Below are positions 20,056 to 31,636 of a DNA stretch of 64,000 bases, one piece after another. Under the pieces are notes generated by a model. The model was not told where the DNA came from. It searched no databases and saw only the letters and a list, made by a program, of their open reading frames with translations. The position numbers and the translations under genes were made by a program. Each line of letters starts with the position of its first letter. Within the stretch, counting starts at the first letter, position 1. Source of the stretch: an uncultured Spirochaetota bacterium (GTDB lineage Bacteria; Spirochaetota; Spirochaetia; SZUA-6; Fen-1364); assembly GCA_963820525.1 (NCBI GenBank), contig CAWGAA010000001.1, positions 2,080,001 through 2,144,000 on the forward strand, in the 5' to 3' direction.

Positions 20056-22473
20056 ATGAGCGGATACCCCGCAGGCGACATCGAACGCAAGTGGCAGCAC
20101 TATTGGGAGAAGAACAAGACCTTCGGCGTCACCGAGGACCCCGCCGTGCCCCGGGATCGGCGCAGGTACGTCCTGGACATGTTCCCCTACCCCTCATCGG
20201 CAGGCCTCCACGTCGGCCACCCCGAAGGCTACACGGCCACCGACATCTATTGCCGCTTCCTCAGAATGAAGGACTATCACGTCCTGCATCCCATGGGCTT
20301 CGACTCCTTCGGGCTCCCCGCCGAAAACTACGCCATCAAGACGGGCACCCACCCACGCGTTTCCACGGAGAAGAACATCCAGCGCTTCACCTCCCAGATA
20401 AAGGCGCTGGGCTTCTCCTACGACTGGGACAGGCGCCTCTCCACCCACGAGCCGGAGTACTACCGCTGGACCCAGTGGATCTTCCTCAAGTTGTGGGAGA
20501 AGGGCCTCGCCTATGAAGCGGAAGTGCCCATCAACTGGTGTCCCTCGTGCCTCACCGGCCTGGCCAACGAGGAGGTGAAGGACGGGCGCTGCGATCGCTG
20601 CGGCACCCCGGTGACGCGCAAGAACCTCCGCCAGTGGATATTGAGGATCACGGCATACGCGGAGAAGCTTCTCTCGGGCCTGGACAAGCTGGACTGGTCG
20701 GAATCCCTGAAGCTCATGCAGAGGAACTGGATCGGCCGAAGCGAGGGGGCCAACGTCCACTTCACCCTGGAGGGCAGCGGCACGATCGAGGTCTACACGA
20801 CGCGGCCCGACACCCTTTTCGGCGCCACCTACATGGTGCTCGCCCCCGAGCACCCCCTGGTGGAGAAGATCACCGCCGCCGGGCAGAGAAAGGCGGTGGA
20901 GGGCTACATCAAGCAGGCCTCGATGAAGTCCGATCTCGAGCGGACGGAGCTGGCCAAGGAGAAGACGGGCGTATTCACCGGGGCCTTTGCCCTAAACCCC
21001 ATGAACGGAAAGAAGATCCCGGTGTGGATCTCGGATTACATCCTCATCTCCTACGGCACCGGCGCCATCATGGCGGTTCCCGCCCACGACGAGCGGGACT
21101 TCGAGTTCGCGACCAAGTTCGGCCTCCCCATCGTGCAAGTCGTTTCAAAAGACGGGAGCCTCTACAAGCTCACCGAAGCGGAGGTGCTTGACGGCATCGC
21201 CGTCAACTCGGGGGAGTTCGACGGCCTTCCCACGGTGGAGTTCAAGAAGCGGATCGTCGAGTGGCTGGAGGCCAGGGGCATCGGGAAACGCGCGGTGAAC
21301 TACAAGCTGCGGGATTGGATCTTCTCCCGGCAGAGGTACTGGGGAGAGCCCATCCCCATCGTCCACTGCCCCGCGTGCGGCCCCGTGGCGGTGCCGTACG
21401 ACGAGCTTCCGCTGAGGCTCCCCGAAGTGGCCACCTACAAGCCGACGGGGACCGGTGAATCTCCCCTTGCTACCATTGAAGAGTGGGTCAACACGAAATG
21501 CCCGAAGTGCGGCGAGCCCGCAAAGCGGGAAACAAACACGATGCCCCAGTGGGCCGGCTCCTGCTGGTATTACCTGCGTTACCTCGATCCGAAAAACGAC
21601 ACGGCGTTCGCCGGCCGTGACAAGATCGATTACTGGATGCCGGTGGACCTGTACGTGGGCGGGGCGGAGCACGCCGTGCTCCACCTCCTGTACTCCCGCT
21701 TCTGGCACAAGGTCCTCTTCGACATCGGCGTCGTGAACTCAGACGAGCCCTTCATGCGCCTTATCAACCAGGGAATGATCCTGGGCGAAGGCGGGGTGAA
21801 GATGTCCAAGAGCCTGGGAAACGTCATCAACCCCGACGACATCATTGCCGAGTTCGGCGCGGACTCGATGAGGGTCTACGAGATGTTCATGGGCCCCCTG
21901 GAGGTCTCCAAGCCCTGGTCCACGCGGGGAATCGCCGGGGTGAAGCGCTTCCTCGACAGGGTTTGGCGCATGTCGGAGCTCCCCCTCACGGAGGAGGAGC
22001 CGCCCGAGGCCCTTGTCAAGCTCCTGCACAAGACCATCAAGAAGGTGAGCCAGGACACGGAGAAGCTGGAGTTCAACACGGCCATCGCCCAGATGATGAT
22101 CTTCGTGAACGAGACGAGCGGCCTGGGGAAGCTTCCCCGAAATCTCTGGGAGCCGTTCGTGCTCCTGCTTGCCCCTTACGCGGCGCACCTGGCGGAGGAG
22201 CTGTGGGAGAAGATGGGCCGCTCCCCGTCCGTGGGCCGCCAGAAATGGCCGGATTGGATCGAGGCGCTCACCGCAGAAGACCTGGCCGAGGTCGTGTTTC
22301 AGATCAACGGAAAGATCAGGGCAAAGGAAAACCTCCCCGTCGGGCTCTCGGGGGAGGAGCTCAAGACAAAGGCCATGGCCAATCCGCGCATCAAGGAGCT
22401 TCTGGACGGCAAAGAGGTGCGGAAGGTCATCACGGTGCCGGGCAAGCTGGTGAATATCGTCGCGAGCCTTTGA
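20056..22473 (+). CDS. leuS: Leucine--tRNA ligase
   Basis: MFPYPS..GLHVGH (HIGH), KMSKS and [15 protein letters not shown] editing domain. Confidence 0.98.
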   Translation: MSGYPAGDIERKWQHYWEKNKTFGVTEDPAVPRDRRRYVLDMFPYPSSAGLHVGHPEGYTATDIYCRFLRMKDYHVLHPMGFDSFGLPAENYAIKTGTHPRVSTEKNIQRFTSQIKALGFSYDWDRRLSTHEPEYYRWTQWIFLKLWEKGLAYEAEVPINWCPSCLTGLANEEVKDGRCDRCGTPVTRKNLRQWILRITAYAEKLLSGLDKLDWSESLKLMQRNWIGRSEGANVHFTLEGSGTIEVYTTRPDTLFGATYMVLAPEHPLVEKITAAGQRKAVEGYIKQASMKSDLERTELAKEKTGVFTGAFALNPMNGKKIPVWISDYILISYGTGAIMAVPAHDERDFEFATKFGLPIVQVVSKDGSLYKLTEAEVLDGIAVNSGEFDGLPTVEFKKRIVEWLEARGIGKRAVNYKLRDWIFSRQRYWGEPIPIVHCPACGPVAVPYDELPLRLPEVATYKPTGTGESPLATIEEWVNTKCPKCGEPAKRETNTMPQWAGSCWYYLRYLDPKNDTAFAGRDKIDYWMPVDLYVGGAEHAVLHLLYSRFWHKVLFDIGVVNSDEPFMRLINQGMILGEGGVKMSKSLGNVINPDDIIAEFGADSMRVYEMFMGPLEVSKPWSTRGIAGVKRFLDRVWRMSELPLTEEEPPEALVKLLHKTIKKVSQDTEKLEFNTAIAQMMIFVNETSGLGKLPRNLWEPFVLLLAPYAAHLAEELWEKMGRSPSVGRQKWPDWIEALTAEDLAEVVFQINGKIRAKENLPVGLSGEELKTKAMANPRIKELLDGKEVRKVITVPGKLVNIVASL

Positions 22474-22474
22474 C

Positions 22475-23611
22475 GTGGCGACCCATCGCGAGAGACGGGA
22501 AAAGCTGGCTTCCTACATCGGGGAGAAGGCGATCTTTGCCCTGATCCTCGAGGACTTCGAGAACCTCCGCTCCCGTTCCCTGCGCTACCTCTCGGGACAT
22601 CCAACCGACGCGATTCTCTTCATCTTCAAGAGCGGCAAGACCGTGCTCGTTCCGTGGGATGTCTCCATGGCGCACGAGCGCGCCGACGTGGACGAGATCG
22701 TGCCCTACACGGGCTTCCGCCGCTCATTCCGAGAAGCGGCCTCGACCATTCTGCGGGATAACGGCCTGGAGGCGGCCGGAGCGGATCGAAAGATCGAGGT
22801 CTCGGCAAAGACCCCCTACCCCCGCTACCGGGACCTGTGCTCCGAGCTTGAAGGGACCGCGGTCCTCTGCGAGGAGCGCGGCGTCGATACAGTCCTCTCC
22901 CGCATGCGCGCCGTCAAGGATGCAGCGGAAGCCGCTTCCCTGCGGCGGGCGGCCGCGATCACCAACAAGATCGTGGACAGCGTGGAGGCGCTTTTGGAGG
23001 GAGGCGAGACCGGGCTCACGGAGATCGAGCTTGCCCAATTCGTCCAGCGTGAAGCCCTGCGCCTCGGAGCCGAGGGGCTGGGGTTCGAGACGCTCGCGGC
23101 CGGCCCGGGGCGCAGCTGGGGCATTCACCCGTTTCCCGTATGCTCGGGCGGGGGCTTCGGCGGCCCGGGGCTCTCCATCCTCGATTTCGGCGTTTCGGTT
23201 GACGGTTATACGAGCGACGTGACCATCACGCTGGCCCGCGGCCGGCTTTCCGAGGAGCAGGAACGGATGATCTCCCTGGTTCAGAGAGCGTATGACGCGG
23301 CGGTTTCTGCAAGCCACCAAGGCGCCTCCCCTCAAGAGCCTGCCCGCGGGGCGGAGGAAGTGCTGGCCGCCGAAGGATGGAAAATGCCCCACGCCCTGGG
23401 ACATGGAATCGGCCTCGATGCCCACGAGGGGCCGCTTCTTCGAAGCCAGGGAGAGCCCTCGGATCCCGAGCTCCTCCCCGGCATGGCGTTCACGATCGAG
23501 CCCGGCCTCTACCATCCCGAGCACGGCGGCGTGCGCCTGGAAAACGATCTTCTCATCACGGAGCGCGGAACCGAAGTCCTCACGAACGCAAGGATCATCA
23601 GGCTGGCGTAG
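22475..23611 (+). CDS. Xaa-Pro aminopeptidase (M24 family)
   Basis: DFG..VDGYTSDVT, HALGHGIGLDAHE, TIEPGLY and GVRLENDL. Confidence 0.9.
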   Translation: MATHRERREKLASYIGEKAIFALILEDFENLRSRSLRYLSGHPTDAILFIFKSGKTVLVPWDVSMAHERADVDEIVPYTGFRRSFREAASTILRDNGLEAAGADRKIEVSAKTPYPRYRDLCSELEGTAVLCEERGVDTVLSRMRAVKDAAEAASLRRAAAITNKIVDSVEALLEGGETGLTEIELAQFVQREALRLGAEGLGFETLAAGPGRSWGIHPFPVCSGGGFGGPGLSILDFGVSVDGYTSDVTITLARGRLSEEQERMISLVQRAYDAAVSASHQGASPQEPARGAEEVLAAEGWKMPHALGHGIGLDAHEGPLLRSQGEPSDPELLPGMAFTIEPGLYHPEHGGVRLENDLLITERGTEVLTNARIIRLA

Positions 23612-24224
23612 CCTTCTTTCGGAGGATCATCGCCTGTGCCGGAAGCGGCCCCCTGATATCGAAGGAGCGGAAATCCTCTATAGAAAAGAGCCCTGACACG
23701 GCCTTCCGGATGGCCTCCTCGGAGTACAGGGAATAGAACCTTGGAGGGGAGTAGGGGTCCCGGGGCAGCGTGCCTTCATGATCCCTGCCCCCGAAGTTGC
23801 AGAGGTAGAAGAGGCCTCCGGCCTCGAGCACGCTGAAGGTCCCCTGGAGGGCTTTCCCGAACTCTCTTTTGGGCACATGGTGGAGGCAGTTCATTGCGTA
23901 GACGGCACTGAAGCTTTCCCGGGGAAGATCGATCGCGCAGGCATCGAGAAGCCGTGCCGTGAGCCCCTTGGAGCGGCAGATCTCCACCATGCGCGGGGTG
24001 ATGTCCGTGGCGAGCACCTCCATCCCCATGCTGAGGAAAAACGCGCCGTCCCTTCCGGTCCCCGCCCCAAGCTCCAGGAGCCGCCGCTTTCCCTCACGAA
24101 GGAGAATCCGGCAGAATCTCTCGCGCTCATCGAGCTTCCACCGCTGAATCGGTCTCTCGTCCCGCGCTTCAGGATTCCGCGAGTATGACCGTATAAGCCT
24201 TTCCCTGATGGACGGCGATTCCAT
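23598..24224 (-). CDS. Class I SAM-dependent methyltransferase
   Basis: LLELGAGTGRD and AMNCLHHVPK. Confidence 0.85.
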   Translation of the reverse strand: MESPSIRERLIRSYSRNPEARDERPIQRWKLDERERFCRILLREGKRRLLELGAGTGRDGAFFLSMGMEVLATDITPRMVEICRSKGLTARLLDACAIDLPRESFSAVYAMNCLHHVPKREFGKALQGTFSVLEAGGLFYLCNFGGRDHEGTLPRDPYSPPRFYSLYSEEAIRKAVSGLFSIEDFRSFDIRGPLPAQAMILRKKATPA

Positions 24225-24308
24225 CGGTACAGAGGATAGCGCACGCCGAAAGGAAAGTGAACCCGCAGGAAAGGGAGCGGCCCTGGCGCATGGTCGCCGC
24301 GACGCGGC

Positions 24309-25142
24309 TCAGTGCACCTCATCTCCCCCTGACACGGCGAGCCCGCGGGCATCCAGGTACGCCTGGAGGCGGGCGCCCCCGGGCCCGAAAAGCACGTGCT
24401 GCCCATACGTCATGGCCGGGACGCCCAGGCATCCATCCTGTCCCGCGGTAAGGACGGAAACAAAGGGATCCTCCATGAACCATTCACCTTCCGAAGCGTA
24501 AAGCACGACGTCCTTGGTCGGCAGGCAATCTATATCATACGCAGTAAACCCGCCCTCCGCGAGCTTCTGCGCAACCTTGACCAGGTCCAGTTTCCATGGA
24601 TCGGGAAAGCGCCGCATGTATTGGGACAGGCGCGCTGAGTTCACCAGGCCCGTGTCAATGCCGCCCTCCCACAGACGGCGAAAGACTTCAGCCAGGGGAC
24701 CGTCCTCCCAGCTCAGTACAAGGCGGGGTGCGCCGCCGGGCGCATCTTCAGCCTCCGAGCCTGACGGCCACAATCCCCCGGCAGGCCTGAGATCCCCCGG
24801 CTCGGCGGACGCCGTAGAGCCTCGAGGGCCTGCCCTTGCGCCTCCGCCGGCCCCTGGGCTCCAGGGATAGGCCAGGACCGGGGCATTGGCGGTCTTGCCG
24901 CAGGTGATGGCAACGGGATCCTGCCATTGGTCCACGGACACCTCTTTCAGGCAGCCGCGCCCATCCGGATACACGAGGGTGAACCGAAGGTCGGGCAAGG
25001 AGGCGAGCCACCGCGCAGGCGGCGGAGGGATGATGACCTCGAGATCCACGTCCGGGTTGAACAGCGCGCAGCCGGCCATGGCGCCCAGGACTGCCGCGAC
25101 GAGAAACGGGCGCGCCAAGCCGGGAAGGGATGCGAGCTTCAC
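24309..25142 (-). CDS. Hypothetical lipoprotein
   Basis: Signal peptide ending AMAGC; 277-aa ORF. Confidence 0.65.
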   Translation of the reverse strand: MKLASLPGLARPFLVAAVLGAMAGCALFNPDVDLEVIIPPPPARWLASLPDLRFTLVYPDGRGCLKEVSVDQWQDPVAITCGKTANAPVLAYPWSPGAGGGARAGPRGSTASAEPGDLRPAGGLWPSGSEAEDAPGGAPRLVLSWEDGPLAEVFRRLWEGGIDTGLVNSARLSQYMRRFPDPWKLDLVKVAQKLAEGGFTAYDIDCLPTKDVVLYASEGEWFMEDPFVSVLTAGQDGCLGVPAMTYGQHVLFGPGGARLQAYLDARGLAVSGGDEVH

Positions 25143-25174
25143 CCTTCCAATGAACCCCCCTTTTGAACGCGCGC

Positions 25175-25219
25175 TTGACAGAAGGTGCTTTTGGGTTTAT
25201 TCATGAATGAACGTTCATT
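25175..25219 (+). promoter_or_regulatory. Promoter and TetR operator
   Basis: TTGACA at 25175; perfect 14-bp palindrome aatgaacgttcatt at 25206-25219, just before the tetR start. Confidence 0.65.
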
Positions 25220-25226
25220 TAAGAAT

Positions 25227-25826
25227 ATGGCACGGCCGGCAGACGCGGACAAGCGCCGCAAAATCCTCGAATCCGCCTTTCAGGTCTTCGGCAAAAAGGG
25301 CTTCGAGAGCTCCACGATGAAAAGCATCGCCCGGGAGGCCGGAATCGCCCCCGGCTCCATCTACACCTACTTCCGCGACAAGCAGGATCTGTTCCACTCC
25401 ACGGCGCGTGAGATCTGGGACCGCCTCCTTTCGAGATTCAGGAGCGTCGTCGCCTCCCCCCGGGGAATCGAAGAGAAGCTCGCCGAGCTTCTCGACGTTG
25501 GCTTCTCCGCCCTCAAGGCGAGCCTTCCCCTCCTTCGGGGGATGCTCTTCGAGGCGGCGCAGGACCGCATGTTCCAGGAGAACCTTGACGCGCTATGCGG
25601 ATACATCAGCGCGCTTCTGGCGCAGGGAAGGCGGGAGGGAATCCTCGAGGTGCCGGAGGATGAGGGACAGTGGAAGCGGATCGTGCGGGTGACCGTGGTC
25701 GGCATCATCTTCTCCGCGGCGCTCGCGCAGCAGAAAGACACGGACGGTGAGATCGCGGCCCTGAAGGCGGCCATCACGAGGATGCTGGCGGATCGCTTCG
25801 TCGCGAAAAGGGGAAAGGCAAAGTGA
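25227..25826 (+). CDS. TetR/AcrR family regulator
   Basis: ILESAFQVFGKKGF..TM..IAREAGIAPGSIYTYF. Confidence 0.93.
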   Translation: MARPADADKRRKILESAFQVFGKKGFESSTMKSIAREAGIAPGSIYTYFRDKQDLFHSTAREIWDRLLSRFRSVVASPRGIEEKLAELLDVGFSALKASLPLLRGMLFEAAQDRMFQENLDALCGYISALLAQGRREGILEVPEDEGQWKRIVRVTVVGIIFSAALAQQKDTDGEIAALKAAITRMLADRFVAKRGKAK

Positions 25827-27091
25827 AACGAACAATCATCTGGATCGCCGTCGCCGTGGTCCTTCTGGCAGCCGCCTACACAGTTTTTCAGAGAGTGTCG
25901 CGCCGGGCCATCCGGGAGACGGCATCAGAGGCCGTGCCCGTGCTGCTCGCGCACCCCTCGCGGGGCGCCGTCGAGCGCGGCATCTCCTACTCGGGAACCC
26001 TCGAGCCACGCGAGATCGTCACCCTCACTCCCAAGACCTCCGGAAGAATAGAGCGGATCTCGGTGAAGGAGGGGGACACGGTGAAGCGCGGGCAGGTCCT
26101 CGTTCTCATGGAGGGCGATGTGGCCCGCCTCCAGCTCGACCAGGCCTCCTCCGCCCTCCAGGCGGCCCAGGCCCAGTACGACAAGGCCAGAAAGGGAGCG
26201 CGATCCGGGGAGCTGGACAATGCCCGGGCGCTCCTCGATCAGGCGGAGAAGGATTTCGGAACGGCCGGCGAGAACTACGATCGCTCGCGGCGTCTCTTCG
26301 ATGAAGGAACCATCTCCAAGGCGGGCTATGAGGAGGCGGACAAGAAGTTCAGCACGGCCCGGACCCAGGTGGACAATGCGCGGCGGAGCGTCCGCATGAT
26401 GGAGGAGGGCGCCACTTCGGAGGAGCTGGCCCTCGCCGCGGCGAACGTCAGGGCGGCAAAGGCACAGGCGGACCTCGCCCAACTCCAGCTCGACAATACG
26501 CGGATCACGTCGCCCGCCTCCGGCAGGGTAGCGAAGGTGTTCATCGACAGCGGCAACATGGCGGGGGTATCGACGCCCCTCCTGGCGATCATGGCAGACG
26601 ATTCCATGATCGTGAAGATCGCCGTTCCGGAAACCCACTACGGAGAGTTCCGGCGGAACGAAAAAAAGATCCCCGCGCGCGTGCGGCTTACGGCGCTTCC
26701 CTCACTCGGCGAGATCCCGGGAAGCATCTCCAGCATCGCCGCGGTCATCGATCCTGCCAGCAGAACCTTCACGGTTGAGGTGGAGCTTTCCAACCCCGAG
26801 GGGAATCTTCGCGCCGGGATGTACGCGAATGTCTGGTTCACCCTCGAGGCCGCATCCAATGCCCTTCTCGTTCCGGCCGCAGCACTGGTCACCCGCGGTG
26901 AAAAAATGGGCGTGTTCGCCGTGAGGAGCTCGAGCCGGCCCGCCGCCGCGTTCACGCCGATTACCATCGGTGTGGCGAACGAAGAGAGCGTCCAGGTCCT
27001 TTCCGGGCTGTCCGAGTCCGACGCGGTCGTGGTGGAGGGAAACGCGTTCCTGGAGGACGGACAGGCAGTGGCCCCGAGGGAAGCCCCATGA
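25823..27091 (+). CDS. RND efflux periplasmic adaptor (MFP)
   Basis: SGRIERISVKEGDTVKRGQVL, coiled hairpin and LRAGMYA. Confidence 0.92.
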   Translation: MKRTIIWIAVAVVLLAAAYTVFQRVSRRAIRETASEAVPVLLAHPSRGAVERGISYSGTLEPREIVTLTPKTSGRIERISVKEGDTVKRGQVLVLMEGDVARLQLDQASSALQAAQAQYDKARKGARSGELDNARALLDQAEKDFGTAGENYDRSRRLFDEGTISKAGYEEADKKFSTARTQVDNARRSVRMMEEGATSEELALAAANVRAAKAQADLAQLQLDNTRITSPASGRVAKVFIDSGNMAGVSTPLLAIMADDSMIVKIAVPETHYGEFRRNEKKIPARVRLTALPSLGEIPGSISSIAAVIDPASRTFTVEVELSNPEGNLRAGMYANVWFTLEAASNALLVPAAALVTRGEKMGVFAVRSSSRPAAAFTPITIGVANEESVQVLSGLSESDAVVVEGNAFLEDGQAVAPREAP

Positions 27092-30000
27092 AGCTTCCCG
27101 AGCGTGCGATAAAGTTTCCCATCACCACGATCCTGATCTTCGTGACCCTCGGAGTCCTGGGCTTCATCTCCCTCAGGAGGATCGGCCTCGAGCTGTTCCC
27201 CAATGTCGGCTACCCGACGGCCGCCGTGTTCACCCCCTACCCCGGCGTCGGGCCTTTCGAGGTGGAAAGCGGGGTCTCCAAGCCCATCGAGGACGCCGTC
27301 TCCACGATCAACGGGGTGCAGAAGGTGGGCTCGACGTCCACGGAAGGGCTCTCCGTGGTCATCGTGAACTTCACGTGGAACACGGACATGAGCACGGTGG
27401 TCTCGGAGATCAGGGAAAAGATCAGCGCAATCGAGAGCACCCTTCCCGAGGGAAGCGAGCGTTCCGTGATCTTCCGTTTCAACCCTGAGGTCCTGCCCGC
27501 CCTCACCTTCACCGTCTCCTCCCCCGTGGAAGGCATGGACCTGCGCCGCCTGGTGGAGAAGAGCATCACGCCGGAGATCGAGCGGCTGCAGGGAGTGGCG
27601 TCAACCTCCGTGTTCGGCGGCCGGAAGTCCGCCGTCACGGTGAAGCTCGACCTGGACGCCATTTCGAAGAAGGAGATCCCGATACTGCGGATCCTGCAGG
27701 TCTTTAAGGGCGAAAACGTCAATCTCCCCGGAGGCTCGATCAGCCTCAAGGACCGGTTCATCGTGCTTCGCACGATCGGAGAGTTCTCCAGTACGGCCGC
27801 GATCGGGGACGTGCTCCTGGGCTACCGCGAGGGGGTGGCCGTCTTTCTCAAGGACGTGGCCGACATCGGCCTGGACTACCTGCCGCAGGAGGAGTTTTCC
27901 CGCGCGGGCGCCTCCCCGGGAGTGCTGGTGGAAGTGCAGAAGATGCAGGGCCACAACACGGTGGACGTGATCCGGCGGGTGAAGGCGGCCCTCTCCGGCA
28001 TGAAGGCCGGCCTCCCCCCGTCCGTGGAGATCGTCATCCGCACCGACCAGTCGGTGTCCATCCTCGAGTCCCTCTCGGGGCTCACCGATGCGGCCTGGCA
28101 GGGCGGTCTCCTTGCGGTTCTCGTCCTGGTGCTGTTCCTCAGGAACTTCCGGTCCATCCTCATCATCTCCCTCGCCATCCCCGTGTCCGTGATCGCCACC
28201 TTCTCCCTGATGGATTTCGCCCGAATCGACATGAACATCATGTCCCTGGCGGGCCTCACCCTCGGCGTGGGGATGTTCGTGGACAACTCCATCGTGGTCC
28301 TCGAGGTGATCTTCAGGAAGCAGCTCTCCGGCATGGCGCCGCGCGAGGCGGCGATCCTGGGCGCCGGCGAGGTCACGACGGCCGTCACCGCCTCCACCCT
28401 GACGAACATCGTCGTGTTCGTCCCCCTGGTCTTCGTTTCGGGGCTGGCCAACATCATCATGCGAGATCTCGCCTACACCTACTCCTTCTCCATGATCGTC
28501 TCCCTCCTCATGGCCCTCACCCTGGTTCCCGTGCTCTGCGTGCGCTTCCTGAAGCTCTCCGCCGGCACCACGATCGCCAAACGCCGGCTGCACGGGCAAA
28601 AAATCGACCTAGAGATAAGCCTGGCCGACGTGGAGCTTCACACGGGGATCGCGCCGGTGGACCGGGCCTCAAGCCTTGTGCGGCGCGCTATCCTTTGGCT
28701 CGACGAGGCGTACGAGCGCGCCCTGCAGTGGTCGATCCGGCACGCCGTCGCAGTCATCGCGGTGGCGATCGGGCTGTTTGCCGCGAGCCTCGCGTCGATC
28801 CTCCTCCTCGGCATGGAGTTCCTCCCCGAGACCGACGAGGGCAGGTTCACGATCGCCCTGGAGACCAAGGTGGAATCCCCCTTCGAGAAGACCGAAACGA
28901 AAGTGAAGCAGGTGGAGGCCATCCTGCGCGAGGACCTGGGAAAGCGACCTCGCCTCGCTGTCCTCGGTGATCGGCAGATCGGGCTCGGGCGGACACCTCG
29001 GCACCACGGGAAGCCACCTCGCCAGCGTTTCGGTGTCCCTGGTTCCCAAGGACGCGCGCGGCCGCTCGGTGTGGAGCATCATCAACGAGATCTCCAGAAA
29101 GATCCGCTCCCGGGTCACCGACGTCAAGTTCACGGCGTCCGTGGAGGGGCTGTCATCCCTCATCAACCTGGCCGCCGGGAGCCCCAAGCCCATCGTCGCG
29201 GAGATCTCCGGCGCGGACCTGTCGCGCTCCTCGGCCTTCGCCCGGGCCGTGTCCGCCGAGATGGAGAAGGTGAGCGGGACGCGCGACGTGGACGTTTCCT
29301 ACAAGACGGGAAAGCCCGAGATCCAGTTCAGGGTGAAGCGGCGCGAGGCGGCGAGCCTGGGCCTGAGCCCCCTGGAGATCGCAGCGACGATCCGGGCGGC
29401 GTACAGGGGGGCGCAGGTTTCCCGCTACAAGCAGGGGGACGACACCTATGACGTCTACCTTCTCCTCCGCGACGAGGACAGGAACTCCCTCACCCGCATC
29501 GAATCGCTTTTCCTCGTCAACCCCGCGGGAACGCGCATTCCCCTGGAAAACCTGGTGGAGATCCGCCAGGAGACGGGCCCTGTTTCCGTGGAAAGGAGCG
29601 ACAAGACGAGGATGATCAAGGTCACCGCCGCCCTCACCGGAGAGAGGCCGCTCAACAAGGTCATGGCGGACGTCAGGACGCGCGTCTCGCGGCTCGGGCC
29701 GCCCCCTTCGGGAATCAGCCTCGCCCTCACGGGGACCAACAAGCAGATGACCGAGGCATTCCGGGACCTCCTGTTCGCCCTGCTCCTGGGCGTCGGCTTG
29801 GTCTACGTGATCATGGCCAACCAGTTCGAATCTCTCCTGCACCCCCTGATCATCATGTTCTCCATTCCCTTCGCCCTCATCGGCCTCACGGCCGCCCTCC
29901 TGGCAACGGGCACGACGTTCAGCCTCGTGGCATTCATCGGCGGCATCCTCCTGGTGGGCTACGTGGTGAACAACGCGATCCTCCTCATCGACTACATCAA

Positions 30001-30268
30001 TGTGCTTCGAAGAAGCGGCCTTCCCCTGGAACAGGCCATCGCCGTGGGGGGAAGGACGCGCTTGAAGCCGATCCTCATGAGCACGGGCACCACGATCCTG
30101 GGGCTCCTTCCCATGGCACTGGGGATGGGAACCGGCGCGGAGCTCCGCGCTCCCATGGCGCGGGCAGTGTTCGGCGGTCTCGCCTCCTCCACCCTCATAA
30201 CCTTGATCCTGATCCCGACCATCTATTGGGTCGTGGAGACAAAGCTGAAAAGGAAGAAAACGGCATGA
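27088..30268 (+). CDS. RND (AcrB-like) permease with an apparent +1 frameshift near 28942
   Basis: GMFVDNSIVVLE in ORF 27088..; VVNNAILLID and RLKPILMS in ORF ..30268; extra A in gggaaagcgac. Confidence 0.88.
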
Positions 30269-31632
30269 AACGCCACCTCGTTCTCGCCCTGGCGCTGGCC
30301 GTCGCAGCCTGTCAGGCCGGCGGCGAGCCTTTGTCCATCGACGCGGCCTACGCGGCGGTCACCACGGCCTCCGAGGCGGTCCGCGTGAAGCGCCTGGAGC
30401 TGGAGAAATCCAGCGCCCGCCATGCCCAGGCCGTAACGCAGGCGTTCCCCCGGCTGGACGTGCAGGCCTCGGGCTCCTATATGACAAACCCGCCGGCGGG
30501 CATCACGGTCCCCGCGGGCTCCCTGGGAACCCTTCCGCCCGCCCTCGGCTCCCTGCCGCTGCCTCCCCAGGATACATCGGTGGTCGAGGCCGCCAAGAGC
30601 ACCACGATGAAGGTTGACGCCACCCTGTCACAGCCGCTTTTCACCTGGGGAAAGATCTCCAACGCCATCCGCCTGGCCTCCCTGGAGGTGGAGGCGTCCG
30701 GGGCCCAGCTCGCCGGACAGGAGCGCGACACGGAGCACGACGTGCACGCCGCCTACTTCGGCGCGCTCCTTGCAGAGCAGTCCGCTTCCGCGCTTTCTTC
30801 AATGCGCACGATACTTACGGGCATCCTGGAAGACAGGCGCAAGTCCTTTGGCGAGGGAACGATCATCCGCCAGCAGGTTCTGGAAGCCGAGTCGAACGTG
30901 GCCTCCCTTGACAGCCGGCTCACAGATGCAGAGGAAAGCAGGAGAACCGCGTACGAGAGCCTCGGCTACCTCACGGGTCTCGACCCCCAGGCCATCACCC
31001 TCGCCACCCCCTTTCGCTCCGAAATCCCGGAGCTGGACGAGGAGGTCCTGAAGGAGGCCGCGCTCAAGGGCTCGAGCGCGCTCGCTCTCAGCCGAACCAG
31101 GGTGAGCCAGGCGCGGGTGCGCCTGGATATCGAGCGGGGCGGCTCGGCCCTTCTTCCCGATCTGTCGCTTCTGGCCACGCTCGAGGTGACATCCCCGCAG
31201 AGCCCGCTTCTGGGCGGCTCGATGAGCGCGTGGACCGCCAACTTCATCGTCAGCGTCGCCGGTAGGGTCCGCGTGATCGACAGCGGGGAATCCTGCTTCA
31301 AGGTCCAGCAGGCCCAGAAGGACATGGAGGAAGCCGGGGAGGGACTCTCCGGCGCCGAAAAGGCCCTGAAGCTCTCCGTGAGAAAAGGCGTTCAGGCGGC
31401 TCGAAGCGCCGCCGGCGCGGCACGCGAGAAGGCGGCGCGTTTGGCGGCGGCGGAGGAGCAGGCCAAAAACGCGCGCGTCTCCTTCCAGAACGGCCTGTCC
31501 ACGCGGGAGGAGCTCTCATCCGCGGAGCTCGCCCTTGCCCAGGCCCGCCTTGACGGAATTCTGGCCGGCTACAATCTCGAGGAATCCCTTGGCAGCCTGG
31601 AATACATTACGGGGGTGAAGCTGCCGCGCTGA
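30265..31632 (+). CDS. TolC-family outer membrane efflux protein
   Basis: Signal peptide; LSQPLFTWGK and V..AYFG; last gene of the RND operon. Confidence 0.88.
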   Translation: MKRHLVLALALAVAACQAGGEPLSIDAAYAAVTTASEAVRVKRLELEKSSARHAQAVTQAFPRLDVQASGSYMTNPPAGITVPAGSLGTLPPALGSLPLPPQDTSVVEAAKSTTMKVDATLSQPLFTWGKISNAIRLASLEVEASGAQLAGQERDTEHDVHAAYFGALLAEQSASALSSMRTILTGILEDRRKSFGEGTIIRQQVLEAESNVASLDSRLTDAEESRRTAYESLGYLTGLDPQAITLATPFRSEIPELDEEVLKEAALKGSSALALSRTRVSQARVRLDIERGGSALLPDLSLLATLEVTSPQSPLLGGSMSAWTANFIVSVAGRVRVIDSGESCFKVQQAQKDMEEAGEGLSGAEKALKLSVRKGVQAARSAAGAAREKAARLAAAEEQAKNARVSFQNGLSTREELSSAELALAQARLDGILAGYNLEESLGSLEYITGVKLPR

Positions 31633-31636
31633 AACC

